Shown here one piece after another: positions 1-11,082 of a stretch of DNA of 64,000 nucleotides; positions within the stretch are counted from its first letter, which is position 1; each line of letters starts with the position of its first letter. Position numbers and translations under genes: made by a program. This stretch comes from Candidatus Aenigmatarchaeota archaeon. Lineage in GTDB: Archaea > Thermoplasmatota > Thermoplasmata > Halarchaeoplasmatales > Halarchaeoplasmataceae. The notes beneath the pieces are model-generated. The model made no database searches, was not told the DNA's origin, and was given only the letters and a program-made list of their open reading frames with translations. Location of the stretch: positions 24,586 to 88,585 of the forward strand of contig JBKHKA010000004.1 in assembly GCA_046537845.1 (NCBI GenBank), read 5' to 3'.

Positions 1-175
1 CATATTACCACCATCTTAATACTTTATTTTGATATTTCAAGGTCATTCATGATCTCTCTTCTTTATCATCATCAAATGGGATTACCCCTATATTTGACTC
101 AACCATAATAAGTTTTTTCTCTAAATGAAACATCATAATAAGATATATTTTTTTTAAAGATAGCTCATAGATAAA

Positions 176-1291
176 TCATCTTTTATCTATATTCCATATC
201 ACATACAAAGGCTTATCTTCAAAGTCGGTTACCAAGGCGAGTCTTCCCTTCAGCGATATATCCTCCCCGTCTTGACTCATTCCCGTAACTTCTAGACTTT
301 TTTCTTCTAGTTCTCTTTTGAACATCAGGTCTAGATGTTCTTCGAATTTTTCCGCATCATCTCCCTTGAGGAGATCACTGCATTCTTTATTTGAAAGTGT
401 ATTTTCAGGATAGCCGAAGAGCTCACAAAAATTATCGTTCACTTCTTTACATTTACCCTCTTGACCCACAACTGCCACTGCGTCAAAACTCCTTTCAAAA
501 AGCCTTCGGAAAGCTTCTTGGCTCTCCCTCATCGTTTCGAATCTCTTGCGTTCCTCGGTGACGTCGATGAGCGAAACGATGCTCTTTTTATCGTCAGGCA
601 TCATACCCACCTGCATTATCACTTCTCGGGCGTCACCAAACTTATTGATCAGGGTAAAATTATAACGTTCAGGGATCTCTTCTAGATTTTCACGCCTCTC
701 TCGGTGATATTTTTCCATACGATCTAGGTCCGATCCACTCACCAATTCAGTCCATTTTTTCTCACCTTCTAGTTCTTCTTTAGGATACCCTGTCAGTTTT
801 TCGACTTCGTCGTTCGCCATCGAGATGGTCTTATTTTCTTCGATTATAGCCATAGCGGTGCCGGTGTTTTCAAAGATAGCTCTATATTTCTTCTCACTTT
901 CTTTCAATTTTTTTTCCATCCTTTGTTTATATAGCGCCATTTCTATATTGCTAGCGAGCTCTCTCTTCCGGTAGGGTTTGAGGATATACCCGTAAGGTTC
1001 GGTGACTTTAGCTCTCTCCAATCTTTTATCATCGGAATAGGCGGTCAAGTAGATGATGGGGATGTCGAATTCAGACCCGATCTTTTCGGCGGCTTCTACA
1101 CCGTCAATCTCACCTTTCAATACTATATCCATCAATATCAAATCGGGTACTTTTTCTCTCGCCAACTCTATCGCTTTTTCTCCCCTGCTCGTTATCCCGA
1201 CCACTCTGTGTCCTATGTCTTTCAAAGACTCTTTGATGTCTTCAGCTACTACCATCTCATCTTCAACGACGAGTATCTCTGCCTCAACCAT
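176..1291 (-). CDS. Response regulator: N-terminal REC receiver domain plus two PAS domains, no DNA-binding output domain
   Basis: The ORF-track protein has REC motifs (ILVVEDE...DLILMDIVL...YLTAYSD), followed by PAS-like blocks. The start is taken at MVEAEIL (ATG 1291..1289), which overlaps the kinase stop as ATGGTTGA. The ORF-track start at 1336 is an alternative. Confidence 0.8.
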   Translation of the reverse strand: MVEAEILVVEDEMVVAEDIKESLKDIGHRVVGITSRGEKAIELAREKVPDLILMDIVLKGEIDGVEAAEKIGSEFDIPIIYLTAYSDDKRLERAKVTEPYGYILKPYRKRELASNIEMALYKQRMEKKLKESEKKYRAIFENTGTAMAIIEENKTISMANDEVEKLTGYPKEELEGEKKWTELVSGSDLDRMEKYHRERRENLEEIPERYNFTLINKFGDAREVIMQVGMMPDDKKSIVSLIDVTEERKRFETMRESQEAFRRLFERSFDAVAVVGQEGKCKEVNDNFCELFGYPENTLSNKECSDLLKGDDAEKFEEHLDLMFKRELEEKSLEVTGMSQDGEDISLKGRLALVTDFEDKPLYVIWNIDKR

Positions 1292-4200
1292 CGTTCTCAC
1301 TCTCCTTTTCAAATCTGATCTCAAAAATCGTACCATCCTCTCTCTTCAACTCAACCTCTCCATCCAACCGGTCTTCGACCAGCATCCTTATCAGCCGAAA
1401 ACCGAAGCTCCTAGGGTCCTCTAGAGTTACATCTTCTGGCACACCTATCCCGTTGTCACCCACAATTATTTCAACTTCACTGTCATCGTGCAGCGAAGTC
1501 GATATATTCAACTTCTTCTGCCCCTCATGGTCCTCAGGAAAAGCGTGTTTCAGAGAATTCGAAACTATCTCGTTGATCACCTGTATACAGGGGGTGGCTT
1601 GATCGATGCTGAGTTCGATATCTTCCATATCTTTTTCCAATTGGACTTCCTCATAATTTACATCGTAGGCTTGATAGATGCTTCTAACTAATTCATTTAT
1701 GTACTTGGACAGATGGATATTCGCTACGTCCTCTGACCTGTGCAGCATCTCATGTATCAGTGCCATAGATTGGATCCGGTTCTGTCCTTCCTGTAAGACT
1801 CTCACCGTTTTCTTATCTTCTTCTTTACTAGCTTGGAGACTCAACATACTGGATATCACTTGAAGGTTATTCTTGACTCTATGGTGGATCTCATCTAAAA
1901 GGACTTCTTTTTCCTTCAAAGAACTCTTCAATTTTTCCTCCGCCTCTATCTTATTTTTAGCCATAGCCAAGTCCCCAGCTACCTCTTTAATAAGACCCAG
2001 CTCTTCTTCATCCATCTCTTTATCTACCTTAACGGCGAGAATCCCCTCGATCTGCTTATCTATCATGGGTGTAAAGATGTTTGTGTGATCTTCCTCTTTA
2101 GTCTTGATCACTCTCTCCGTTTTCTTGATCTCTTCTATTCTAGATTCCAAATCCTTTATCCTCATGTTCCCGACCCTTTTGCTGATATCCTCCTCCTTAT
2201 CAGTTATGAGTATAGATACATCTAGATAACCCCGCATTTTCATCAACACTTCTCTGGATTCTTTCATCAATTCCGATAGATCGTCTTCTTTTGTGATGAG
2301 TTGATTGATCTCCCTTATAGACCGTAATAAACTGTTCAGGTGCTCTATCCTTTCTTCCCTTTTCTTACGCTGCGTGATGTCGAAAACGATCCCGACAAGG
2401 TTCTCTATCTCACCATCTTTTCGGACAGCATCCCCGTATTCCTCCAACCAGCGGATCTCACCATCGGCATCGATTATACGATAGATCAGGTGGAATGGGT
2501 TATTTTCATCGAGTGCTTTATCTACCTCCGAGTAGACATTATCATGGTCTTCTGGATGATAAAGTTCATAGAAACTTATTTCGTCCTTTAAAAAGGAGTC
2601 TTTTGGATAACCCGTTATATCTTCTACCGCATCATTTGTATAGATCATGGGCCACCGCTTCTCGTATCTGCATAGATAGATTATGGCCGGAGCGTTTTTT
2701 CCCAACAGCCGGAAGTGCTTTTCTTTCCTTTGAAGTTCCTCTTCTCTTTCCTTACGCTCCGTGATATCGTGGACCAAACCGAATACTTCTTTTTTTTCTT
2801 TCACAGTTTCTATCGCCGATGTTATGTTCAAAAGATCTCTTGTAGTTCCATCCTTTCTCATGATCTTTATCTCTTTCCGTTCTTCTAGCTCTATGGGTTC
2901 TTCACCATATCCTCCTCTACTATCGAGTTCTTCCTTCGAATCGGGATGTAATAACTCTCTCGATTTCATACCTATGAGTTCATCTTTTTCATATCCGTGG
3001 ATCTCTGCAAATTTCTCATTGACGTACGTTATCGTGCCGTCGATATCTCTGATGTATATTCCCTCTTGAGCCTTGGATATCAACGTTTCAAATCGCTGTT
3101 TACTCCTTCTTAATTTCTCCTGGTACCTGAGCCTTTCGAGTACCTGGACCATGTGGGAGATAAGGGTTTCAGCCATCTCCAGATCGAATTCGTCGAAGTA
3201 TCCTCTTTCATAAGACATGGCTTGGAATACACCCTCGTCCTTTATCGGCACACTGATAGTAGATCTAAAATCAGGATCGGAAGGCTGTGCTTCTTCCCAT
3301 TCTGACAGATCTTCTAAAAGGTAAGAACGTTTATTTTGGTAAGTTAGTCCTCTTATACCTTCATCTGCCGGAAATATATCTCCAACCTTTACGTTTTCAG
3401 CGTTTGCTGCTTTTACCACCAGATCACCGTCTTCCATAATCTTGATGCTGCTAGATCTGAACCCTAAGATATCTTTTGCCGCCTCTAGAGTCACTTCAAA
3501 CACTTCCTCTTCCGATCTGCATCTTTCAAATTTTATGGTCGCCTGGTAAAGGGCCTTGACCTTTTCTTCTCTCTTTTCCTGTAAATTTTCGGCACTTTTC
3601 CGCTCGGTTATATCTCGAAATACCACTTGTATCGATGTTTTCCCGTCGAGCTTCACCGGGGCGGCAGCCACTTCTACCTCTATGGGTTCGTGGTTGTCGA
3701 TCCTTACAAATTTTTCTTCAGCCAAAGGTACTTCTTGGCCTTCCTCCACCATCTTTGAGATCCGTTTTTTTACCGTATCTCGATGATCGGGGTGCACCAC
3801 CTTCATTATTGAGTCCCCTATGTGCTCCTCTCTGTTATCTACGTCTATACCCAACATCTTCGCTCCAGAAGGATTGAGATATTGAAGACGGCCGTTCTGA
3901 TGGATGCATATACCGTCTGGGCAGAGTTCTAAAAATCGTCTATATTTCTTTCTGTTCTTTTCGAGTGTTCTTTCCAACTCTTCTACCTCTGTGATATCTC
4001 TCCCGATCACCACGTTTAAGAGTTTACCCTCCTCGCTATCGATGGAAGACGATTTTAGATTCACATATTTTTTTTCGCCATCTTTCGATTTTATCGGAAC
4101 GGTCACGGCTTTATTCGAATTTCCCTCTAGAGCCTTTTCTCCCATGATCTTCATAGCTCTTTCCTGATATCCCTCTTCCATGAGCTCCTTGTACACATCT

Positions 4201-4388
4201 GCAACATCCTCATCCCTCACCTCCTCTTCGGAATAACCAGTCATCTCTTCGAAGCCTTCGTTGACCTTTAAGACGCGGCCATCCGTATCGGTAACGAGTA
4301 TCCACTCATCCATGGATTCGATCAGTTGTAAAGCGCCCTTTCCCAGCGGATCTAGCGGATGGCTACCTTTCACTTCTTCTTTTCCCAT
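1284..4388 (-). CDS. Multi-PAS/GAF sensor histidine kinase with a HisKA_2-type H-box and HATPase_c domain
   Basis: 1034 aa. It has repeated PAS blocks, and the H-box [17 protein letters not shown] is typical of HisKA_2. The C-terminal ATPase has [12 protein letters not shown] and GDNGIGVP motifs. Confidence 0.85.
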   Translation of the reverse strand: MGKEEVKGSHPLDPLGKGALQLIESMDEWILVTDTDGRVLKVNEGFEEMTGYSEEEVRDEDVADVYKELMEEGYQERAMKIMGEKALEGNSNKAVTVPIKSKDGEKKYVNLKSSSIDSEEGKLLNVVIGRDITEVEELERTLEKNRKKYRRFLELCPDGICIHQNGRLQYLNPSGAKMLGIDVDNREEHIGDSIMKVVHPDHRDTVKKRISKMVEEGQEVPLAEEKFVRIDNHEPIEVEVAAAPVKLDGKTSIQVVFRDITERKSAENLQEKREEKVKALYQATIKFERCRSEEEVFEVTLEAAKDILGFRSSSIKIMEDGDLVVKAANAENVKVGDIFPADEGIRGLTYQNKRSYLLEDLSEWEEAQPSDPDFRSTISVPIKDEGVFQAMSYERGYFDEFDLEMAETLISHMVQVLERLRYQEKLRRSKQRFETLISKAQEGIYIRDIDGTITYVNEKFAEIHGYEKDELIGMKSRELLHPDSKEELDSRGGYGEEPIELEERKEIKIMRKDGTTRDLLNITSAIETVKEKKEVFGLVHDITERKEREEELQRKEKHFRLLGKNAPAIIYLCRYEKRWPMIYTNDAVEDITGYPKDSFLKDEISFYELYHPEDHDNVYSEVDKALDENNPFHLIYRIIDADGEIRWLEEYGDAVRKDGEIENLVGIVFDITQRKKREERIEHLNSLLRSIREINQLITKEDDLSELMKESREVLMKMRGYLDVSILITDKEEDISKRVGNMRIKDLESRIEEIKKTERVIKTKEEDHTNIFTPMIDKQIEGILAVKVDKEMDEEELGLIKEVAGDLAMAKNKIEAEEKLKSSLKEKEVLLDEIHHRVKNNLQVISSMLSLQASKEEDKKTVRVLQEGQNRIQSMALIHEMLHRSEDVANIHLSKYINELVRSIYQAYDVNYEEVQLEKDMEDIELSIDQATPCIQVINEIVSNSLKHAFPEDHEGQKKLNISTSLHDDSEVEIIVGDNGIGVPEDVTLEDPRSFGFRLIRMLVEDRLDGEVELKREDGTIFEIRFEKESENDG

Positions 4389-4426
4389 CTTCCTCCTCTC
4401 CCATAATTATCACCTTTCTATCTTAT

Positions 4427-5017
4427 TCATACGTTCTCGAATTCAGAGGCTATCTCTTTCAATTTTTCATTCATTGTCTCATCATTTTCTATTTTTATGA
4501 TCTCTGCTAAGAACTTCGCTAGGATCAAGGAAAAGAAATCAGCATCTTCTGGATCTGAGAGAGATTCACCCATATCCATCGTCACTTCCTCGTCCACTTT
4601 TCCAAATAGCTTGATCAGTTTATCGGCCACTTCGCTCTTCTCCTCACATTCGAACCCGGCTTTTTCCAAGATCCCCAAACACCTCTTTATCCTCTCCTTT
4701 TTCCATTCTAAACCCAGGCCTGAAGGTTTATTTTTATCCATCGGTTCAGGCGCCAGAAGAAAAACTTCTGCCGTTCTCCCGTAGATCTTTTCCGGTATAT
4801 GGTATTCCTTCCTTTCTGATGTGACTTCGATGAATCCGGCTTCTTCCAATTTTTTTACATGCCTATAGATGGTGGATTGATCCTTGCCTAAAGCCTCAGC
4901 GAGCTGAGAGATCGTCATATCCTTGACTTTTAAGATATCTAGGATTTTCTTTCGGGTCTCCTCGAGCCCGATCTTGAGATCCATTGGATCCTCAAATAAG
5001 CGGACATCTTTTTTCAT
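4427..5017 (-). CDS. ArsR-family winged-HTH transcriptional regulator with an acidic C-terminal domain
   Basis: The N-terminus DMTISQLAEALGKDQSTIYRHVKKLEEAGFIEV is a classic ArsR/SmtB HTH. Confidence 0.7.
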   Translation of the reverse strand: MKKDVRLFEDPMDLKIGLEETRKKILDILKVKDMTISQLAEALGKDQSTIYRHVKKLEEAGFIEVTSERKEYHIPEKIYGRTAEVFLLAPEPMDKNKPSGLGLEWKKERIKRCLGILEKAGFECEEKSEVADKLIKLFGKVDEEVTMDMGESLSDPEDADFFSLILAKFLAEIIKIENDETMNEKLKEIASEFENV

Positions 5018-5206
5018 TTTTTTTCACATCATCTATATTTCCGCTTACCATCTTTCTTGCCTATCGTATACAATGTGCTTTAGGATATTTATAGATTCGC
5101 TTGATTTTTCATATTATATCTTTGTACTTAATTTCCTTTTTTCAACCAATAATCCGCTTCGAATCCGAATATTTTTTAATCAACCTGTAGATTATCTACC
5201 GGTAAA

Positions 5207-5836
5207 ATGATAGATGTAGCGGTGATGGCCTCTGGAGGAGGAACCGATTTTCAATCAATAATAGATGCCGGTGAAGCCGGAAAGATAGACGCTAGAGTGG
5301 TTCTGTTGGTGACGAATGAGCCGGACGCTTATTGTATAGAAAGGGCAAAAAAGCACGACATAGACCATACGGTGATCGATCATCGCGGTAAAGAGAGGGA
5401 GGAGCATGAAAGGGAGATTATAGACATCTTGGAGAAGTATGATCCCGATCTCATAGTGATGGCGGGATACATGAGGATATTGACCGATGAATTCGTTGAT
5501 AGGTATCATGGAAGATTGATCAATATCCACCCCGCGCTGCTCCCCCTGTTTGGGGGAAAAGGGATGTACGGAGAAAAAGTCCACAGGGCTGTATTGGACG
5601 CGGGTATGAAACGATCTGGTTGCTCTGTGCACTTCGTAACCAACGAAGTGGACGGAGGGCCTATAATAGATCAGAGGTGTGTACCCGTAAAGAAGGACGA
5701 CGATCCTCACAGCTTGTCGGAAAGGGTGAAAGAAAAAGAGCACGAACTTTTACCTTCAGTGGTCGGTGCTTTTGCCGAGGACAGAGTGAAATTGGAAAAC
5801 GAAAAAGCCTGTGTCCTGCCCAAAAAAGATAATTAG
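5207..5836 (+). CDS. purN: Phosphoribosylglycinamide formyltransferase
   Basis: MIDVAVMASGGGTDFQ...HPALLP..G and the 10-formyl-THF-binding region are present. Length is 209 aa. Confidence 0.85.
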   Translation: MIDVAVMASGGGTDFQSIIDAGEAGKIDARVVLLVTNEPDAYCIERAKKHDIDHTVIDHRGKEREEHEREIIDILEKYDPDLIVMAGYMRILTDEFVDRYHGRLINIHPALLPLFGGKGMYGEKVHRAVLDAGMKRSGCSVHFVTNEVDGGPIIDQRCVPVKKDDDPHSLSERVKEKEHELLPSVVGAFAEDRVKLENEKACVLPKKDN

Positions 5837-5894
5837 TTATACTCTATTACCGCTACAACTATCAAATAAAAGACGTTTTGGAGGAGTATATCAG

Positions 5895-6749
5895 ATGCCC
5901 ACCTTAAATGGATCGAGTATAGAAGAGTTAGAGGAGATCGCACGAAGAGTAAGGGTTCACATAGTCAAAAGCACCCATGAAGCTGGATCGGGCCATCCAG
6001 GAGGATCGCTATCAGCTACGGACATCCTGACCGCTCTGTATTTCGAGATAATGGAGCATAGACCGGATGAACCGGACTGGCCGAAAAGAGATAGGCTGGT
6101 GTTGAGCAAAGGTCATGCGGCCCCGGCTCTCTACGGCGTGTTAGCGGAATCGGGTTATTTTCCTGTAGAGGAATTGATGACCCTAAGGAATTTAGGTTCA
6201 CGGTTACAGGGACATCCACATGTGAAAGCTACACCGGGTGTGGATGCTTCCACAGGTTCGTTAGGACAGGGCATTTCCATAGCGGCGGGCATGGCCTTGG
6301 CAGCAAAACTAGACAGGGAATCGTATAGAGTGTTCGCTATCTGTGGAGACGGGGAGATGCAGTCAGGCCAGATATGGGAAGCTGCGATGTTCGCCAGCCA
6401 TCAGAAGTTGGATAACCTGATAGTGTTTTTGGATAGGAACAATCTTCAGATCGACGGCTCGACCGAAGAAGTGATGTCCATAGAACCCATAGTTTCTAAA
6501 TGGAACGCCTTCGGTTGGCACGTCCTGGAGATAGAAGGCCACGAGATGGACCAGGTCGTAGATGCGGTTGAAAGAGCCGAAGAGATCCATGGTCAGCCTT
6601 CTATCATCATAGCCCACACCATAAAAGGTAAAGGTGTGCCTTTCATGGAGGGTTCTCTAGCTTTCCACGGTAAAGCCGCCAACGAAAAACAGTTGGAAGT
6701 GGCGCTAAAGGCCCTAGGAGAAAAAGACAACGACGAAGGAGGTGAGTGA
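5895..6749 (+). CDS. tktA-N: Transketolase, N-terminal (TPP-binding) subunit of a split transketolase
   Basis: HIVKSTHEAGSGHPGGSLS and GDGEMQSGQIWEAAMFASH are TPP-binding motifs. The ATG at 5895 is preceded by GAGGAG. The ORF-track frame begins at 5811. Confidence 0.85.
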   Translation: MPTLNGSSIEELEEIARRVRVHIVKSTHEAGSGHPGGSLSATDILTALYFEIMEHRPDEPDWPKRDRLVLSKGHAAPALYGVLAESGYFPVEELMTLRNLGSRLQGHPHVKATPGVDASTGSLGQGISIAAGMALAAKLDRESYRVFAICGDGEMQSGQIWEAAMFASHQKLDNLIVFLDRNNLQIDGSTEEVMSIEPIVSKWNAFGWHVLEIEGHEMDQVVDAVERAEEIHGQPSIIIAHTIKGKGVPFMEGSLAFHGKAANEKQLEVALKALGEKDNDEGGE

Positions 6750-7695
6750 GATGTGGGAGATGGCTAAGCAGAGAGATGCCTACGGAGAAGCCTTAGTTGA
6801 ATTGGGGAGAGAAAAAGATGACATTGTTGTTGTGGGTGCCGACCTTTGCGGTTCCTGCCGAGTAAAGAAATTTGGAAGTGAATTTCCTGAGAGGATGTTC
6901 AATACCGGTATCGCTGAACAGAACATGACGGGAGTCTCTGCTGGTCTTGCACTGTCTGGAAAGACCGTATTCACCAGCACTTTTGCTGTTTTTGCTACGG
7001 GTAGAGCTTATGATCAGGTCAGACAGAGTGTCGCCTATCCCGAGTTGGATGTAAAGATAGTTTCCACCCACGCCGGTATAACCGTCGGAGGAGACGGCGC
7101 TTCTCATCAGATGCTGGAAGACATAGCGTTGATGAGGGTACTTCCGAACATGAAGGTGGTCGCTCCAGCGGATTATCACGAGAGCAGAAAGGCGACTTTC
7201 GCCGTGGCTGAAGAAGAAGGACCCTTTTACCTGCGGATGGGCCGTTCCAGCATTCCCATCGTGACGGAGGAAGACGATCCTTTTGAGATTGGAAAGGCAA
7301 CTGTCCTCAGAGAAGGTGATGATGTAACGCTCATAGGCACGGGTATAATGGTATCCGAGTGTCTGAAGGCGGCCGAGATGCTCGACAAGCAGAACGAGGT
7401 CGATGCAAAAGTGTTGAATATGAGTACCATAAAGCCATTAGATGAAGAGAGCATAGTAAAATCAGCTAGAGATACAGGGGGTATCGTTACCGCTGAAGAG
7501 CACGTGGTGAGTCAGGGCATGGGCAGCGGCATATCACAAGTTTTAGCCGAGAGCGATTACCATGTGCCGATGAAGAGAGTCGGGATACCCAACGTGTTCG
7601 GTGAGTCCGGCGAAAGCGACGAACTGATGGAAAAGTACGGCCTGACCGCCGAACACATCGTAGAGAGCGTACATGACGTTTTGGAAAGAAGATAA
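6742..7695 (+). CDS. tktA-C: Transketolase, C-terminal (pyrimidine-binding/C-terminal domain) subunit
   Basis: It lies immediately after the N-subunit stop (6747..6749) and has a transketolase Pyr domain with FNTGIAEQNMTGVSAGLA. The start is GTG 6742 or ATG 6751. Confidence 0.85.
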   Translation: MSEMWEMAKQRDAYGEALVELGREKDDIVVVGADLCGSCRVKKFGSEFPERMFNTGIAEQNMTGVSAGLALSGKTVFTSTFAVFATGRAYDQVRQSVAYPELDVKIVSTHAGITVGGDGASHQMLEDIALMRVLPNMKVVAPADYHESRKATFAVAEEEGPFYLRMGRSSIPIVTEEDDPFEIGKATVLREGDDVTLIGTGIMVSECLKAAEMLDKQNEVDAKVLNMSTIKPLDEESIVKSARDTGGIVTAEEHVVSQGMGSGISQVLAESDYHVPMKRVGIPNVFGESGESDELMEKYGLTAEHIVESVHDVLERR

Positions 7696-7719
7696 GATAG
7701 AAAACAAAAAGGTGATATT

Positions 7720-8622
7720 ATGGATATATTTGTAGATACCGCGGATCTAGATGAGATAAAAGAAGCCGAGTCTTGGGGAATCTTGGACGGCGTCACGACA
7801 AACCCTTCGCTCATAAAGAAAGCTGTCGATACCGCCGAAGGGGAGATCAGCCTGAAAGACCATATAACTGAGATATTGAAAACTGTCGACGGACCGGTGA
7901 GTCTAGAAGTGACCGAGATAGAGCACCAGAAGATGGTGGAAGAAGCTCAGACGCTGTACGACGAATTCAATCAGGTGAATGACAACGTGGTCGTAAAGAT
8001 ACCGGTGAATACAGCCATGGAAGAAGATGACGATGATTTTGAAGGTGTGAAGGCGATAAAAACTTTGAGTGGGATAGGTATACCTGTGAACTGCACCTTG
8101 GTTATGAAGCCTAACCAGGCTCTGATGGCGGCTAAAGCTGGAGCTGAGTACGTGAGTCCATTCCTCGGAAGGATAGACGATCATATCCGGGAGCTGATAG
8201 GACTAGAGAGAGGAGAAGATTATCCGAAAGGGACATATTATCCTTCAGAACTGACCGAGAGGATCAGGAATTCCGAACTCCAACGAAGGGTAGCCGAGAA
8301 AGGACCAGAGGATATAATCTATCGAGACCAGGAGACCATGAGGTTTTTCGAGTGGGGTAACGATAACGGCGTGCTTTCAGGGGTGGATCTAGTATGGTCT
8401 ATAAAAAATATCCTCGACAACTATTCCTATGGAACAGAGATAATAGCCGCCAGTGTCAGGACCTCCAGGCAGGTCAGACAGTGTGCCGAAGTCGGAGTTG
8501 AGATAGCCACCATACCTTTCAACGTTATCGAGGACATGATGGTGCACTACAAAACGAGTGAAGGGATGAAAGCCTTTGACGAAGACGTGATCCCCGAGTA
8601 CAAAACTCTCCTAAAAAGTTGA
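7720..8622 (+). CDS. tal: Transaldolase / fructose-6-phosphate aldolase family (TalC/FSA-like) with about 80 aa of insertion
   Basis: MDIFVDTADLDEIKEA...GVTTNPSLIKKA...VKIPV...SPFLGRIDD is the TalC/FSA signature. At 300 aa it is longer than the roughly 220-aa canonical forms. Confidence 0.8.
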   Translation: MDIFVDTADLDEIKEAESWGILDGVTTNPSLIKKAVDTAEGEISLKDHITEILKTVDGPVSLEVTEIEHQKMVEEAQTLYDEFNQVNDNVVVKIPVNTAMEEDDDDFEGVKAIKTLSGIGIPVNCTLVMKPNQALMAAKAGAEYVSPFLGRIDDHIRELIGLERGEDYPKGTYYPSELTERIRNSELQRRVAEKGPEDIIYRDQETMRFFEWGNDNGVLSGVDLVWSIKNILDNYSYGTEIIAASVRTSRQVRQCAEVGVEIATIPFNVIEDMMVHYKTSEGMKAFDEDVIPEYKTLLKS

Positions 8623-8660
8623 AAAGAGTTGAAAAGTCTCTGATTTAGAATGATATCAAG

Positions 8661-9350
8661 GTGGTATTCATCGCTGAAAGGATCGATCTCTCCGAATTGA
8701 GAGAATTTGAATTTGGACCTGAAGGTATGGATGTAAGAAGTGAACATATCGACGAATACATCGATACGATAACACAAAAGGTCGAAGATGAATTTTCCGA
8801 GCATCCTGATTATCATCCCGCGACCCTGGGCAGAGAGAGTGGAAGAAAACTGTATTTTCTCCTATTGAAAAAAAAGCCGGACATCGTGGTGGAGACCGGG
8901 GTGTGCAACGGCTTCTCTTCAGCCGTTATCCTGAAAGCTTTGGATGAGAACCAGAACGGACGATTGTTCTCGGTGGACCTCCCCGTTTCTATAGATGAGG
9001 TGGAAGAGGGGATGGGCGCTGTGATACCTCCCGGAAAAGATTCCGGTTGGGTTATACCTGACGAACTCCGAGACCGCTGGACACTCAGGGAAGGAGACAC
9101 ATATTACCAACTCCCTAAAGTATTTGAAGATCTCTCGGGCGGAGTGGACATCTTTCTGCATGACAGCGGACATTCTTACGAGACCATGATGTTTGAATTC
9201 GCCATAGCTTGGCGGCATCTGAAAGAGAAGGGTTTACTGCTAGCCGACAACATCGATCACAGCCGTGGCTTTTCAGACTTCGTAGAGGCTAAAGAGGTCG
9301 TTCCTTATCGGTTGGGGAACTTAGGGCTGATGAAGAAGACAAGGATATGA
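8661..9350 (+). CDS. Class I SAM-dependent methyltransferase-like protein (TylF/CmcI-like O-methyltransferase fold)
   Basis: VVETGVCNGFSSAVIL resembles motif I of the Methyltransf_24/CmcI family, and there is a downstream D/E-rich loop. The start could be an internal Met. Confidence 0.5.
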   Translation: MVFIAERIDLSELREFEFGPEGMDVRSEHIDEYIDTITQKVEDEFSEHPDYHPATLGRESGRKLYFLLLKKKPDIVVETGVCNGFSSAVILKALDENQNGRLFSVDLPVSIDEVEEGMGAVIPPGKDSGWVIPDELRDRWTLREGDTYYQLPKVFEDLSGGVDIFLHDSGHSYETMMFEFAIAWRHLKEKGLLLADNIDHSRGFSDFVEAKEVVPYRLGNLGLMKKTRI

Positions 9351-9396
9351 AGGAAAATGGGATAAGATCAGAATGGTCTTGGTCTTACTTCCATCT

Positions 9397-10224
9397 TTAT
9401 TCAGGCCTCTCATCGGATTTGTATTTATCCAGCACTTTCTTCACCACTGAGGCGGAGTACCTGTCACCCTCCTCTTCGTAATGACTTTTCAAACTATTTC
9501 CAAAGGAAATAATCTTATCTTCATTGAATTCGAACTTTTTCCCTATCTCTTTCCTGGGTATACCACTCTTTTCCAGCATATTTATCAGCTGTGGTTGAGA
9601 AAGGTTTCCCAGATCAGATCCACAAAGGAATAAGGCATCGAGAAGGTCACCAGTAGTCTCTATAGATCTCCTCTTGATTATATCTCCAGCATCCTCGATA
9701 TCCAGCGATAGATTCAGAGCTACTTCTCTGGCGAGTTTACTGAAGACATACTCCACGTTTCGACCGGTTTTTGCTGAAGTGAAGATAAGTTTTTCAAAAT
9801 TATTGGATAGCCTTGAGGGAGAGACCTCATCGAGAGGTGCCTCTTCTATGAGGTCAAATTTATTCACCACTGGGATTATGGGGTTGTCCCCACCTGCGAT
9901 CTTTTTGTATTTAGGTACCCATTCTTCTTTCAAGCTTTTCATCGTATCTAATCTGGTCAAATCCGATATGGCGATAGCTCCCGTAGAACCCGTAAACGCA
10001 CCTGTTTTCACAGCCTCATAATCCTTTTTCCCCATGATATCGTAGATTATCAATTTGACCTTCCCCTCGCTGAACTCGACTTCCTTCGAGTACACGTTGC
10101 TCCCGATAGTTTTCAGGTATTCTTCTCCGAATATATTCTTCACGAATTTCAGGATTAACGACGTCTTCCCTACAGCTGGGTCTCCCAATAGATTTACTTT
10201 TTTCTTCAGTAGTTTGTCTCCCAT
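9397..10224 (-). CDS. Ras-superfamily small GTPase (Rab/Roc-like) with a roughly 100-aa C-terminal extension
   Basis: It has the P-loop LGDPAVGKTSL, a G4 NKFDL motif and a SAK G5-like motif. The total is 275 aa. Confidence 0.7.
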   Translation of the reverse strand: MGDKLLKKKVNLLGDPAVGKTSLILKFVKNIFGEEYLKTIGSNVYSKEVEFSEGKVKLIIYDIMGKKDYEAVKTGAFTGSTGAIAISDLTRLDTMKSLKEEWVPKYKKIAGGDNPIIPVVNKFDLIEEAPLDEVSPSRLSNNFEKLIFTSAKTGRNVEYVFSKLAREVALNLSLDIEDAGDIIKRRSIETTGDLLDALFLCGSDLGNLSQPQLINMLEKSGIPRKEIGKKFEFNEDKIISFGNSLKSHYEEEGDRYSASVVKKVLDKYKSDERPE

Positions 10225-10422
10225 CTATTAAAACACCTTCGTTTTTGATCGTAGATAATTACTTTTCCTTCCACTTTCTTCCATTTTTATCTAACTTTCC
10301 GGCTTATATATATAGAGGACCACAAGGATATAAGAGTTGTGATTTATCAGATGGAACTTACCGCTCTTTCCATCCGGAAAAAATATATACCAATAATATA
10401 TTTATGAGCCCGAAGGGAGAAA

Positions 10423-11082
10423 ATGAAAACGAAAGCCGTGATAGGAGCAGGCGTAGCCATCGCCGCTATCATCCTGTTGATGTTCGCCTTCACCATCCCA
10501 TGGTATAATTACAGTGCTGAAAATGTTGAGCAGGGAGAAGAGACGGTCGATATAGAGAGGGATTTTCATCTGGACGAAGCCGAGGTCAAGCAAGATAGCC
10601 AAAGTACTACTTATGATTACCAAGAGGAGGACCTCGATGCGCTCGATTCTACTTTTGGAACCACTGAGATGTTCGTAATGATAGCGGTGATAGGGACCAT
10701 CCTTGGATTGATCGGAGCGATACTCGTGGCTTTCGGCATATTGAATCCGAAGATAGGCTCTTACTTGGCTGTTGTAGGTATCATCTTTGCCTTCGTGGCC
10801 CCCCTTTACCTTTGGGTGTATTTGCCCGGCGCCTTTGAGGAGGACATGGAATGGGGTGAAGTGGGCCCCCATCAAGGACCGCTTTATTTTGCTGGAGGAG
10901 GTTCTGTTGGCCAAGAAGAAAGGACCTGGGGTCCGGCGATAGGCTGGTTTTTACTACTGGTTGCGGGTATATTGAACGTGGTGGTCTTCAGGCTCACAGG
11001 TGCTTGTAGAGCTTCGCCCTCTTCTGAACCCGTCGAGGAAGAAGAATATCAGCCGATGGAAGAAGATGAATATATAGAATAA
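10423..11082 (+). CDS. Hypothetical integral membrane protein (about 4 TM helices) with an acidic C-terminal tail
   Basis: Hydrophobic segments include AIGAGVAIAAIILLMFAF, VMIAVIGTILGLIGAILVAFGIL and AVVGIIFAFVAPLYLWVYL. The C-terminus is EPVEEEEYQPMEEDEYIE. Confidence 0.55.
   Translation: MKTKAVIGAGVAIAAIILLMFAFTIPWYNYSAENVEQGEETVDIERDFHLDEAEVKQDSQSTTYDYQEEDLDALDSTFGTTEMFVMIAVIGTILGLIGAILVAFGILNPKIGSYLAVVGIIFAFVAPLYLWVYLPGAFEEDMEWGEVGPHQGPLYFAGGGSVGQEERTWGPAIGWFLLLVAGILNVVVFRLTGACRASPSSEPVEEEEYQPMEEDEYIE

Noticed and set aside
461-4500. Many 60-130-aa ORFs on the opposite strand inside the RR and kinase genes (e.g. 461..685, 1053..1424, 1488..1691, 2340..2591, 3556..3786)
   Set aside because: They are shadow ORFs antisense to long, well-supported coding regions. 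Their translations are low-complexity S, L and F-rich with no motifs. The same pattern recurs across the window, for example 5255..5743 inside purN, 6016..6219, 20353..20691 and 46437..46811.
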